A stretch of DNA of 39,951 bases, taken from positions 1-39,951 of the forward strand of contig JBJXGI010000009.1 of the NCBI GenBank assembly GCA_046153645.1. Direction: 5' to 3'. Under the pieces are notes generated by a model. It searched no databases, was not told where the DNA came from, and saw only the letters and a program-made list of their open reading frames with translations. Source of the stretch: Elusimicrobiota bacterium. GTDB lineage: Bacteria; Elusimicrobiota; Elusimicrobia; F11. A program made the translations under genes and the position numbers. Numbering within the stretch: position 1 is the stretch's first letter; every line of letters starts with the position of its first letter. Below, in pieces: positions 27,401-37,500 of this stretch.

Positions 27401-28466
27401 GGGAAATAAAGGGTTTATGTTACAGGATGAAAATGGAAGTAATTTCCTTACTAATGGTAAAATTGTTTTTCCTGTTGACCTTGCGTCCTATGAAAAAGCA
27501 ACAACAACAGAGATGTTTTTCCCTGCGGTTGTCCAAAATTGGATTTATGCCAATAAAACATATGTCCCTTCTCGTTTTATGAAGGCACTCTTGGCACTAT
27601 ATGACGAAGAAGTGAAGTGGGAAAAATCACTGCAAGAAATAACAAAACGAGCTAAGTATATGGATGCCATCGGTGTTCAAGAAAGTTTGGAACAAAAGCT
27701 GAGTGTTTTATCTCCCGAACAAATAGAAGAGCGTGAAATGTTGGCCATTTTAAGCACAGAAGCCGAAGAACGCGCGCAATTAGGAATATTATTAGACCGG
27801 TATTCACCCAAAGCCACAGCCGTTGGTTTGGAGGGGGATAATAAACGTAGAGCTGAAGAATTTGACAATCTCCGGAAAGTTATCTCAGATCACTATGAAG
27901 ATAGAACAAATATGCCAGAAGGAGAACTTTCAGAAATATTGCCGGCCATGGCGCTTCTTTCCCGAAATAAAAATGAAGTTGTTGGTTTAACTAAAATTGA
28001 AAAACCAGAAGCCCCTGATTTGAAAAGCTCCTTGGTCATGGTATACGCTTCTGGTTCAAAAACCGAAGCGGAAGTTGTGAATGAAGCCAACAAGTCGATG
28101 GGTGTTAAAACGGTGATTGCTTTGGAAGCGACTCTGTTTGATTCATTTAACAAAAAAGAAGAATACGCAAAACAAGGGATTTGGTTTGTAAGAAATGACG
28201 ACCAACTGAAATTCTCACTTGAATCAATTAAAGAGTTAACAGGGGTGGAACAACTGAAGGAATTAAACTTTGTTGTTTCACGCAAAACACGTTTTTCTGA
28301 TACAACACTCGCCTCCATTGAACTCCTGAAATCATCATCTCCCGAATTGGTGGGTCTCTACCTGCTCTTAAATGAGCTCAACCGCGTTGCCTTACGCATA
28401 AACAGTGTGCAAGAGTTAGCTGATCTTGCTAAATTCCAACAACGACTGATTGATTCGCAAGCTTAA
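24414..28466 (+). CDS. giant modular protein 3, C-terminal part: calcineurin-like metallophosphoesterase, degenerate cNMP domain, TM module, protein-kinase-like domain
   Basis: PDVHE/GDNINR/GNHE/HAG/GH (~24895-25750); kinase LGKGLTGTVF, VAVK, MEFAEG, QDENGSN, VDLA (~27020-27500); no signal peptide or SD of its own. Confidence 0.85.
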   Translation: MLSFDNRYDVFQLVSQWTLRMKISSNSKLEPINITALALTLQRYLEKKQALAELKENSLLSELIRKNPVSEDLRTMARTVVAGYGKVKNGGVNNETTLQLSSLRNYRDGKFFAHAGRLAQLSRRVAKSLIYVPLRSRKGDKKNKIGRVELPSFKNFDKDFTVIPDVHENIYGLLHTLESSGWIDAEGKLITNGNAGKILIQMGDNINRNVSANGLAVLQLWARLWQQAKEFNDATDDPTQHIQIHTLLGNHELDLLKWESQQLDTNFTTAESRSIAERARDLLQQMVRSGALLGAFYLGNPDLAAEKKTGALLVHAGILPDVLSRMKQEIGSANVTGVEMASYINQELIKAIGDENPSGYSQAVFNHFLFSKSAGRSKKEGPIVSSDPSGPFEAEFSPRKEGDSFEQFRKLGIIDGDGKKLLTDEEIIAKLEDLYGGLLIWVGHNFYSEDNIGIRHADTSGIILPAVLILDGGDGQVGKEFNEETQTAVIRRGQETFQIYVETEEKKKKPSSLQERGKWIKDIGSGILPREAVAFLDQRQQRSTRANNNLPVGQVANDQAERISLLDEILNKDGQKVNTRTVALIANKSQQIQSKKGQHVGSSNDYVFALKGEFTGNLRPGQFLPEGTLVESDSALVLLIDKKIFEETLENNAGFQNFMKEQGVPSLTTPSTLRIGRWFYRQLGLTRTDDEIRTEFAPVFEVLWFFGMILFPPLIYVFYRAHLTKPSSPNVSIGDLDRHWLQKGVALVYGVPLLFVYTLTALLFHFSSHENFLTFVQDSLPLLFVIIGLATLMNFRMHKIFNINSVKQGKPALTTRNSNNESPNVLNIPAMPENLATMNLEAFIYDNAVEFFKLSGKIIVGDKEDSETVKFLGKGLTGTVFRLQIQESDGQKRYVAVKVASSERFQFDVINFEALGKDIQIFTDLYAGSQTYESEIPDVLYLRYYGKVQLKNESEEKPLMIFMEFAEGLPLNELQPIIEDKALSIAQNTLKAIISKGNKGFMLQDENGSNFLTNGKIVFPVDLASYEKATTTEMFFPAVVQNWIYANKTYVPSRFMKALLALYDEEVKWEKSLQEITKRAKYMDAIGVQESLEQKLSVLSPEQIEEREMLAILSTEAEERAQLGILLDRYSPKATAVGLEGDNKRRAEEFDNLRKVISDHYEDRTNMPEGELSEILPAMALLSRNKNEVVGLTKIEKPEAPDLKSSLVMVYASGSKTEAEVVNEANKSMGVKTVIALEATLFDSFNKKEEYAKQGIWFVRNDDQLKFSLESIKELTGVEQLKELNFVVSRKTRFSDTTLASIELLKSSSPELVGLYLLLNELNRVALRINSVQELADLAKFQQRLIDSQA

Positions 28467-28513
28467 TTTAAACTGGAATTCTATCACGAAGAATCGTATG
28501 ATCAACATCTTTC

Positions 28514-28552
28514 CGGAGCGTAGCGTAGTGGTAGCGCGCACCCTTGGGGTGG
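28514..28552 (+). tRNA. 5' half of tRNA-Pro(GGG), truncated just after the anticodon loop (pseudo-tRNA / att remnant)
   Basis: CGGAGCG-TA-GCGT-AGTGGTA-GCGC-G-CACCC-TTGGGGT-GG, then unrelated sequence; no T-arm or CGCTCCGA acceptor 3' strand found; TATGAT -10-like box upstream. Confidence 0.85.
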
Positions 28553-28771
28553 CAGTTTTGGCCTCTATGAAAATGGACCGGTAGTCGATTTTCCGTCGGA
28601 GAGACGTTCGCGGGCTTTCCTGGGCTTTCGCGAGTTTTGGCCAAAAAAGTTACGTAGAAGTTACGCTACTCGCTTGGGCAAGCGTAGTTTTCGTATTAAA
28701 CCTCCGCTTAAAGTACTCCGATAAATGGCACTTATAACAGGAAGGAGATATTTCATTTGTGAGTACGTTCC

Positions 28772-28951
28772 ATGTCTGACCAACAAACGGATGTGCCAAT
28801 TAAGGTCTTTGAAAGTTTTCTCAATGCTCTTGGAGAAGCTGGTATATCTCCGGAAATAATAAACCGTCTAAAGAAGACGTTATTAGAAGAACACAAGTTG
28901 GGGGACCGGGCTCTCAAGTCGGCTTTATTCCCGGATGAGCCAAGCCAGTGA
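28772..28951 (+). CDS. 59-aa protein coupled to the ATPase (not in ORF track)
   Basis: MSDQQTDVPIKVFESFLNALGEAGISPEIINRLKKTLLEEHKLGDRALKSALFPDEPSQ; its TGA overlaps the ATPase GTG (GTGA). Confidence 0.7.
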   Translation: MSDQQTDVPIKVFESFLNALGEAGISPEIINRLKKTLLEEHKLGDRALKSALFPDEPSQ

Positions 28952-31404
28952 TTAAAATCGAATCCGTAACGATCAAAGATTTTCGCGGTATTCGAGATCT
29001 AACCTTAGAGTTCAATCAAGACAATTTTGCGGTATGCGGTCCCAATGGCACGGGAAAAAGTGGCATCGTAGATGCTTTGGAGTTCGTTCTCACGGGCACT
29101 ATTTCCCGTCTGGCAGGTGAGGGTCGCGGCGAAATTTCTGTAAAAGATCATGGACCTCACGTTGACAAGAGAAACGATCCGGCGAAAGCTCATGTGACGG
29201 CCAAAATTTTTATTCCTTCCCTTCAAAAGACGGCCACCATTGAGCGCGACCTTAAAAATCCTAATACGGCTCGCGTCCTACCCGATGAGCCGGAAATCCT
29301 AGAAGTCCTGCGAAAGGTGGAATCTCACCCTGAGATTGTTCTTTCTCGTCGCGAGTTGATACGGTATGTTTTGGCCACTCCGGGAAAACGCGCTGAAGAA
29401 GTCCAAGCATTGCTTCATCTGGACCAAATCGAACAGGTAAGAGCCAATTTCCAGAAAATTGCAAACGCATTTGAAAAACAAATTGTGCCAATGGAATCTA
29501 ATGCACAGCAGGCTCGGCAAATGTTGCTACGTGCACTCGGGGTTACAGATCTTGCCAAGGAGCAGGTAATAACAGCCGCAAACGTCAGACGGCAGGCTCT
29601 TGGACTACCGGACTTAACTGATCTAACTCAAGCAACTTCATTGAAGGATGGCCTCGCTGCGGCGAAGGCAGCCGAGGCACAACGAATTCCTAAGACTCAA
29701 TCGTTGACAGATATTAAGGCCGTCCGCGAGTCACTCGCACAATTATCTGTCGATTCCACTGAGAAAACCGTTGTGGGAGCAACAAGCGACATGACTGCCC
29801 TGGCATCTGATCCAATAGCTGAGGCGGGAGTAAAACAAGAAACTTTCCTTCGTACCGCAATTGAGCTTGCCGAGAAAGAACAATGTCCCGTTTGTGATAC
29901 TCAATGGGACTTGGAAAAATTAAAAACCCATATTCAAAGCAAGATTTCCCATTTGGAAGGAATTTCCCTACAAAGAAAAACCATTGCTGCCAAAATTTTT
30001 CCGTTATGCGAGTTGCTTAGGGATATTAATAACGGTCTTGAACCGCTTATACGTTATGGAAATTTGGCGGCTCCTATGGTTGCGACCCCGGAGTTGCAAA
30101 AGTATCGAACCTGCTGCAAATCAATGATCAATAGTTTGGAATCCATGATCCCGTTGGCAACGACTCTCAGTATTCTTTCAACCCTTGCAGAAGTGCCTTC
30201 AGCTGTTCTTGATGAGGTTGATAAGTTAGAGAAGGCTGTCGCAGCACTTCCCGAACCGAACAAACAGGACGAGGCCCGTGAATGGCTCACATTGGCCCAA
30301 GAACGACTTGAAGTATGGCGTGAAGCGATGCGCACAAAGAAAATAGCGCAGGCCAAAGCCGAAACTGCTCGTAAAGTCGCTGAAATCTATGGAAGGACAA
30401 GCGATCAAGTTCTTACTGGCATTTATTCTGAAGTTGAGAAAGATTTTGCTTCGCTCTATAGTTTTGTGAATCGCAGTGACGAAGAAAAATTCCAAGCGAA
30501 GTTGACGCCTTCTCTTGGAAAGTTAGGATTCGACGTCGACTTTTATGGGCGCGGCTTTTTTCCACCCGGCGCATATCACAGTGAAGGGCATCAAGATGGA
30601 ATGGGTCTCTGTCTATACCTTGCACTAATGCGTCATCTTCAAAGGGGCGGATTTACGTTCGCCGTTCTTGACGACGTGCTCATGTCAGTTGATGTTGGCC
30701 ATCGAAGAGAAGTCTGCACCCTCCTAAAGAAAGAATTTCCTGAGACGCAGTTTGTGATGACAACTCATGATCCAATTTGGCTACGACATATGAGGACCGA
30801 GGGATTGGTTGGCTCTCGTAATTTAATCCAGTTTAGGGGCTGGACAGTTGACCAAGGCCCAACCCGATGGGACGGGCGAGACGTCTGGGCCGAAATTGAC
30901 GATTATCTTAAAGCCAACGACGTTCGTGCGGCCGCCGCACTTCTCAGACATTATTTGGAGTATGAGGCAACCGAACTCTGCCATAGGTTGCGCGCTCCTG
31001 TCGAATTCCGAGGCGATGCCCAGTATCAGCTCGGTGAACTTTTACCAGCAGCAACCAAACATATGAGATCTCTTCTAAAACAAGCGAAGATGGCTGCGAA
31101 TTCCTGGAACAAAAAAGACGTCATACAAGAGATCGCAACGCGTGAAGGAACCTTTATTGAATTCGTTAATGAATCGCGAACCGAGCAATGGCAGGTTAAT
31201 ATCGCTGTTCACTTTAATTCTTGGGCGAATTTGAGCAAGGAAGAATTCACTCCCGTCGTAAGGGCATTCAAAGCCCTTCTTGCCACACTGACTTGTTCTG
31301 ATTGTGACGCTTATGTGCACGTCTTGCCAGACCGAGAAAGCGCGGAGTCTGTTCGTTGTGGTTGCAACGCAATAAATATCAATCTTAAGGCAAAGGAAAA
31401 TTAG
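28948..31404 (+). CDS. Rad50/SMC-like ABC ATPase with zinc hook, C-terminal HEPN-like domain and Zn ribbon (RloC/PrrC-like defence protein)
   Basis: Walker A GPNGTGKS, coiled coil with CPVC, signature HSEG, Walker B/D-loop VLDDVLMSVD, H-loop TTHD, then LRHYLE...VNIAVH and CSDC...CGC. Confidence 0.8.
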   Translation: MIKIESVTIKDFRGIRDLTLEFNQDNFAVCGPNGTGKSGIVDALEFVLTGTISRLAGEGRGEISVKDHGPHVDKRNDPAKAHVTAKIFIPSLQKTATIERDLKNPNTARVLPDEPEILEVLRKVESHPEIVLSRRELIRYVLATPGKRAEEVQALLHLDQIEQVRANFQKIANAFEKQIVPMESNAQQARQMLLRALGVTDLAKEQVITAANVRRQALGLPDLTDLTQATSLKDGLAAAKAAEAQRIPKTQSLTDIKAVRESLAQLSVDSTEKTVVGATSDMTALASDPIAEAGVKQETFLRTAIELAEKEQCPVCDTQWDLEKLKTHIQSKISHLEGISLQRKTIAAKIFPLCELLRDINNGLEPLIRYGNLAAPMVATPELQKYRTCCKSMINSLESMIPLATTLSILSTLAEVPSAVLDEVDKLEKAVAALPEPNKQDEAREWLTLAQERLEVWREAMRTKKIAQAKAETARKVAEIYGRTSDQVLTGIYSEVEKDFASLYSFVNRSDEEKFQAKLTPSLGKLGFDVDFYGRGFFPPGAYHSEGHQDGMGLCLYLALMRHLQRGGFTFAVLDDVLMSVDVGHRREVCTLLKKEFPETQFVMTTHDPIWLRHMRTEGLVGSRNLIQFRGWTVDQGPTRWDGRDVWAEIDDYLKANDVRAAAALLRHYLEYEATELCHRLRAPVEFRGDAQYQLGELLPAATKHMRSLLKQAKMAANSWNKKDVIQEIATREGTFIEFVNESRTEQWQVNIAVHFNSWANLSKEEFTPVVRAFKALLATLTCSDCDAYVHVLPDRESAESVRCGCNAININLKAKEN

Positions 31405-31532
31405 CAATCCACGCCAGGATCAAAAACGCCTCCAATTTTCAGTGTGTTTTTGGGAATTCTATGTAACAATTTGTTTACAAAAAGTTCCGTGAAAATTAAC
31501 CCCGATTAAAGGCGATTTTAAGGCACCTTTCG

Positions 31533-31538
31533 TAGACT
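31533..31538 (+). promoter_or_regulatory. -10-like box TAGACT 7 nt before the ATG of giant gene 4
   Basis: TAGACT at 31533-31538, ATG at 31546, no SD. Confidence 0.45.
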
Positions 31539-31545
31539 TAGTAGC

Positions 31546-34500
31546 ATGAAGAAACGCCCTCTCGTTCGCTTCCTGTCGGCGACGTTAACCACCATCTATA
31601 TCGCCACCAATTGCGCCTTTGCTCATAAGCCTGAGGCGACGATGTGGGATGAGCGCCGTGGCGCGGTCAAAAATAGCGGGCCCACGCAACTCGCTCAGAT
31701 ACCTGTCAATCTTGCTTCACGGAATATCTCTTCTGTTCTTCACCAACTTCCGAGCGTAGAGCCTTCCCTACCCCATCAGCTCGAAAAATCGATTTCCAAA
31801 CAAGCGGCCTCTCAACTGGTTCCTGTCTTCAAATCCCTGTCAGGCGCTCACGGATCGATCCAAAAAATCCTGACTCCTAAGAATTCAAGGCCCGGCCGCA
31901 TCGTGATTCATGTCCAAGACGTTCATCGGAACGCCGAGGCTCAACAGAACATCAGCAAAGCCATTCAATCGTTAATTGACAACAATGTCGCCGACATGAT
32001 TGCGCTTGAAGGCGCTTTTGCTCCGATCGACATCTCTCCTTTTCGTGCCTATCCTCTCGAAGCGACCAAAAAGGTGGCGAATTATCTTCTTCGAGAGAAC
32101 CGGATTTCAGGTCCGATCTACGCGGCCTTCACAAGTCCCAAGCCGATCCCTCGAATTGTCGGCATCGACGATACCGTCCATTACAACGCAAACGTAGAAG
32201 CTTACCGACAGTCGATTTCCTCTTTGGCAGAATACAAGCGCCAGCTCAACGACCTGAGAACGAAGCTTGACGATGAAAAGAGGAAAGAATTTAGCCGACT
32301 TCTCTACGACTTTGATCGCCAAGCGCAGTCGTATGTCGATGGGAATTTGCCACTTGGACAATATGTTGAACGGCTCTCTCAACAAACATCGACGCCACCA
32401 CTAAACGTTGAAATTTTCCTCGAGGCCTACCGCTTGGAGTCCCGCCTGAATTTCGCCTCCGTTGAAGCGGAGCGCGGCCGGCTTCTCTCAGCTCTCCTTG
32501 AAAAACTCAGCACATCTGAATCTCAAAAACTGGTCGCCGCCAGCATGGCGTACCGATTAGGGAACATCTCTCACACGGACTTCTACACACGCCTAAAAAA
32601 CCTTTGCGCTCAAAATGGGATTGCCTTATCTCATTTCCCAGCCATGAATTCTTACCTTCAATACGTGCTTCTAACCGATCGGATTGATGCCGAGACTCTC
32701 TTCCGAGATATCAAGACGATGGAATCGTCGGCTTACTCCTTGCTCGCAAAAACGGAGGCCGAGAAACGCATCGTAACCGAATCAACTCAACTGTCCTTGA
32801 CTAGAAAGTTGCTCGACTTTTCTCTGACGAAAGATGAGTGGTCCGCCTATAAGGAAATCAAGAAAGGTGACCTCGCCTTTGATCTCAGTACTTTTGAGTC
32901 GTTCTACATCGAGGCTGAGCAGCGCGATCGCGCCATGTCTGAGAATCTTCTCAAAGCCGTGACTCAATCAAACGCGAAAGTAGCTGTTCTTGTCACTGGT
33001 GGGTTTCACTCCGACGGAATTGACCGTCAGCTTATGGAAAGCGGCTATATGGTCGTGTCTTTCACTCCAAAAATGACAAAAGTCGATTCAGAGAATGGAT
33101 CGGCCTATCTGAGTATCTTCGCTCAGGAAAAGACGCCATTGGACCGGTTATTTGAAGGTGAGAAGCTTTTCTTAAGCGAAGCGCCGATCCCAAAGGGCAC
33201 TCAAACCATTGAGGCGTTACAGAAACTTGCGGTGGAGGCCGACGGCCGCGCAGGCCTGTTCGAAACGAACTATACGCGAGGAACCTTCGGTGTGCTATTC
33301 GGGGAGGATGGTGAGGTCGCGGAAGTTGAATTCAAGCAACATATCGGAGCCTGGTTAGCAGAAAACGGTCTTGTAGAGAAGATCGGCGATGGTTTTCAGC
33401 AAATCGGAGCGAACTGCGCGGAAATAGCCAAAGCAATCGCAGCGCGATACGGTTTTGACATCGAGGCATTAACTGAAACCATAAAACAGGCGGGTTCAAT
33501 TGAAAACGTAAAAAGAGTTTTGTCCAAAGCCACTCCGTTCGCTCCTTTCAATTTGGTTATTCGTGCGAATCCGGCCGATCCGTCGCGCGTACATGTTACC
33601 GTTTCCATTTATGGAATTGAACTTAATTTCGGCGCGGGCAACGCCGAGGGGTTTGTTGAGCTGCACCGGGTTGATCTTAGGTCGAAGTCAGCATCTCTTT
33701 CCATACACAAAAATAGCCCCGCGTGGACCATTGGAGCTGATGTGCCAAGCAAAGGAAAAAGACCTGGAGGGGGTAAAGACGAGATCGCGAATTTATTGGA
33801 ACGCCTCAATACTGCCAAAACAAGAGATGAAAGAGAGTGGGTCGCAGACCTCTTATTAGGGGAATATGAGAGTGAGGGAATACAGTCAGAAAAAAAAGGG
33901 CGCATCCTCGATGCGCTCGTAGCTCGAGCCTCTCGCTTTCCAGCTGACTTGCTTCGACGGATTTTGGATTTAGCTCGCGAACAGCTCTTAGATGAGCTCA
34001 CTAAAAGCTTGGCTGATGTCGAGGAGGATCCAACAAAGAGCTGGCTGGAATATTTGTGCGATTCAAATGGAATTTTGAAGCTTTGGGGAAAAAGAAAAGA
34101 CATAGAGCTCTCCCTTCGGTCCATTGTCACTCACACAACGGACTACAACCGCGATCAGGTTTTCAGGGCGATCTTTTCGGATCGATTGCCTGAGCTGAGA
34201 AAAAACGGCATTGACGTCGTCGTGTATTTGCAATTCTGCGCGCGCATTCTTGCGCAAGAAAAAAGGTTGGGCTATCAAATCATCGAGGGCGTGTCGGATG
34301 GTTTGATGGAGAAAACTGTTGATATTGGTCTTCCTCTTGATGAACAAGATCGAATCTTCTCTTTTGTGTCGAAGTTTAATTCGTTTGAGCCGATCCTATT
34401 CAATCTTTACAAGCGGGACGAGACGATTTTGCTCGCTCCTCTCTTCGAATTTGCGCAGAGGATATTAATTGATGATGTAAGTCCCGAAAGAGCGGATCAA

Positions 34501-37500
34501 CTAGTTTCCTTTTATAACGAAAAAGGGATGGACGGAAACGCAATTTTGGCTGCGGCGATTCAAATGGTTATTCCCTCCTCGGGAGCTTCGTTCGTAGGAA
34601 AGAGCGAAATTGCAGGCCTTCTCCAGGAGTTTCGAGAATCAAAAGGGACTTCTGACCCGCGAGACGACGTTCCCCTGCTCCTTCGCGATATTGATTTCGG
34701 TGGCAAAGCGAAAGATGCGCTGACGCTGAAAGTGTGGTCTTTGAAAGCGGGAGAAACTTACGATCCAGACGATGCAATTTCGAACATGTTGCAGAGCCTT
34801 CGACACAAAGATTTTGGTTCTCAGAATAAGGCAAGAGTCATTGCAGCCGACAAAGGAAAGCTAACGAAGGCGTTACTCAATTACTTTTCAAATCCAAACT
34901 CGGACTCGAGCGGAAAAGCACTTAGGGCCTTTTTCTCCTTCGCGTCCCACAACGATTTGTTGGGAGAGAAGATCGACCGAATTAACCCCCGTGAATTCCA
35001 AGGTCTACAGTTGCTTGAGCAGCTTTTTGTTGACAAGGATGCTTTGGCGTCGATTCTAAAAGATGTTTTGGAGAAAATGGATCAAAACGTCTTTCCCAAA
35101 GTGTCCATGCAGACAAATCGGCCAATTGCAAATCCCGGAAGTCTTGCAAGGCAACTCCAGGGTGTGTGGGGTAGCGGGCAACCGGACAAGAAAGATCGTG
35201 TTGGTAAGATTCTCAATGAAATATCCGCGAAAGACATCGAAGATAAGGTTTTACCGTTGATCACAAATAAATTGCTCACTGCGTCTATTAAAAAAATTGT
35301 CAAAGAAGGACGGCCGGCAAGGCCCATGCAGCCCCTCGAGATCATCGAACAATTATTTAAAGAACCTTTGGCTTTTATTCAGAGAGAAAAGACTAAATTT
35401 CAAGTTGATGATCTTAGTTCCAAAATGACGCTTTCCTTTCGTGTAGTCAAAGGAGTTCCCTTCTCTCTCTGGGGAATTAACTGCGGTGTTTGTATCGCGA
35501 CGGATGTTGATCTGTGGAAAGATCCCCATTTTTTTCTGCTCGCAATGATTGATCCTAACAGCAAAACGGTGGTCGGGTTTGCGCATCTTTATGAACAAGT
35601 GATCGAAGGGAAAAAAGTGTTGACAGTTCCCGGAATTGAGCCAGGTGTGGAGTTCTTGTCGGAAGTGAATCCGAAAGATGTCTATCCACTTATCGAAAAG
35701 GCGCTGGTCGAAATAGCTCAAACGGGAGGTTATGATGCCCTTTACTTTCCCGTCAGTGAAAATATTCTTTCCAATCGACCGGATATCGCAAAGATTATTC
35801 AAAAACGCTTCCATAATAAAAAAATAACTCTATCCGAGGAAATAGATTGGAATCATGAACCACAACCATATCCATTTTCGACTGTCTACGAAGTTTGGGA
35901 AAAGAATGATGTAACTCCCCGTGATCCGGCTCAGGCCATTTCAACAAAAGTTTTTTGGCGAGCTCTTTTCGGCAATGCGAAATATGGGGAAACATTTTTT
36001 ACTGTCGCGTGGGAAGGATTTCGCCTGTCGCTTCTGTGGATCATTTTGTTTTCGCTCGACCTAACGATCTCTTCTCAATTCTGGAACGCGCTGTTCGTGC
36101 TCCAACTGTTCAACTACGCGGTGTTCTTATCGCCGCTCGAACACAAAATTGTCTCACGCCAGCAAGCCGGTGTATTGGCGCTGTTCACCGTTGGTTATTT
36201 CATCTCCTCTCTTTTTCCCGTTTTCTCTCCGTTATTTTTTGTCGCGATCTTAGCGATCTTAATCATCCATTACGCTCACGACTCTGGAATGCTCCGCAAA
36301 TTTTTGCGGACGCGATGGGAAAGAAGGAGCGACGTTTTGAAGCCATCGTGGAAAGAACACTGGAAGGTTCTGAATCCGGTTTGGATCGTTGATTCGCATG
36401 AACCAAAAACTATTTCCGACTGGGTTCAACTCGGAATGGGATACGTTTTACTTCTTTCCTTCATTCATCTTTTCAATACCGGACTCGTTTACCTGTTGGC
36501 ATCGACCACGTCGTTGGATTTTTCCAAGATCGAACATTTGGCCGATGCACTTTCCTTCGCTGTCGGCGTTTTTCCGGCGCACATGACGGTGAATGTGATT
36601 GCGGTTCTGTTGGGTTGGAAAGCGCTCTCCGAACCTAAAAATAAAGAAGATTCGAAAAAACGTTTTATTGAAGGCATTGAAATCGGAGATCAGTTCGTTT
36701 ATCCACCTATGGGCCTGGTTACCGTGGTTTCCTTGGATACCGATGGGAAATCGGTATTTTTTAAAGAAGGTGCAATAACGAGCCAAGTTGCTTTAAAAGC
36801 GGAAGGAAGAAGATCCAAGGTCGAAGTGAATGCCGCCAACTTCTTTCTCTATAAAAAAAGCGGCAAGAAAAAAATCTACAGCGAAGGCTTAGAAGCGATC
36901 CGACAAAGAGCGATCAAAAGAGTCCCGGAGCTTTATATCGCGATCTACTTCGGCCTAATGGGGATTGATAACCGATTACGCTCAGGCAATCCCAATATTG
37001 ATAAAAATTCTTATCAGGAAGCTTTTTGTGACACCTGGGAAGAAGTCTTTGATGAAACAACCCGAATAAATCAAGCCTTGGTGACCATTGCCACAAAATT
37101 GGACCGTCAGCAACTCGATGAGAAGCTTATAACCTTCCTTAGGAAGTACTTCTTAAAAATATATTTTGAAACCGGGGAAGATCTGGTTTTAACGGGCGCC
37201 ATGAATTCTTACGGGGAAAGCTTTAAATCTGGCCAATCTGAAAAATTTAAATACTTTGTCAATTATCGTCGGAATTTCAATTTGTTCGGCGACAGGGGAT
37301 TTGTTCCCAAAGATGTTCACGATTATTTCATGGATTGGGTCATCAGAACCGGCTTACGGGGAATAAACAAAGCCGGGGGAAAAGAAACAATCACTGATGA
37401 GGAATATAGAAAAATACACGATCAATATTTCTATTTTTTGGCCCCGTATTTTTCGAAAAAGGACCCGAGACATCAAACCGACGATTTCTCCAAGTTAATA

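Noticed and set aside
6483..28466. Classical RTX/MARTX, RHS, CdiA or NRPS/PKS explanation for the giant genes
   Set aside because: No GGxGxD, YD or FHA repeats, no CPD, and no adenylation or ketosynthase motifs.
28553..28740. Intron-containing tRNA-Pro
   Set aside because: No T-arm (GTTC.A.TC) or proper CGCTCCGA acceptor strand follows; TACTCCGA near 28714 pairs poorly; no group I/II core recognised.
28948..31404. Housekeeping SMC/RecN/SbcC
   Set aside because: No hinge, no sbcD or scpAB partner, island location, and an extra HEPN-like/Zn-ribbon tail.
465..31407. Short alternative-frame and minus-strand ORFs inside miaA, pgsA, plsY, gpsA, the giant genes and the ATPase
   Set aside because: Shadow ORFs with no motifs, fully overlapping well-supported genes.
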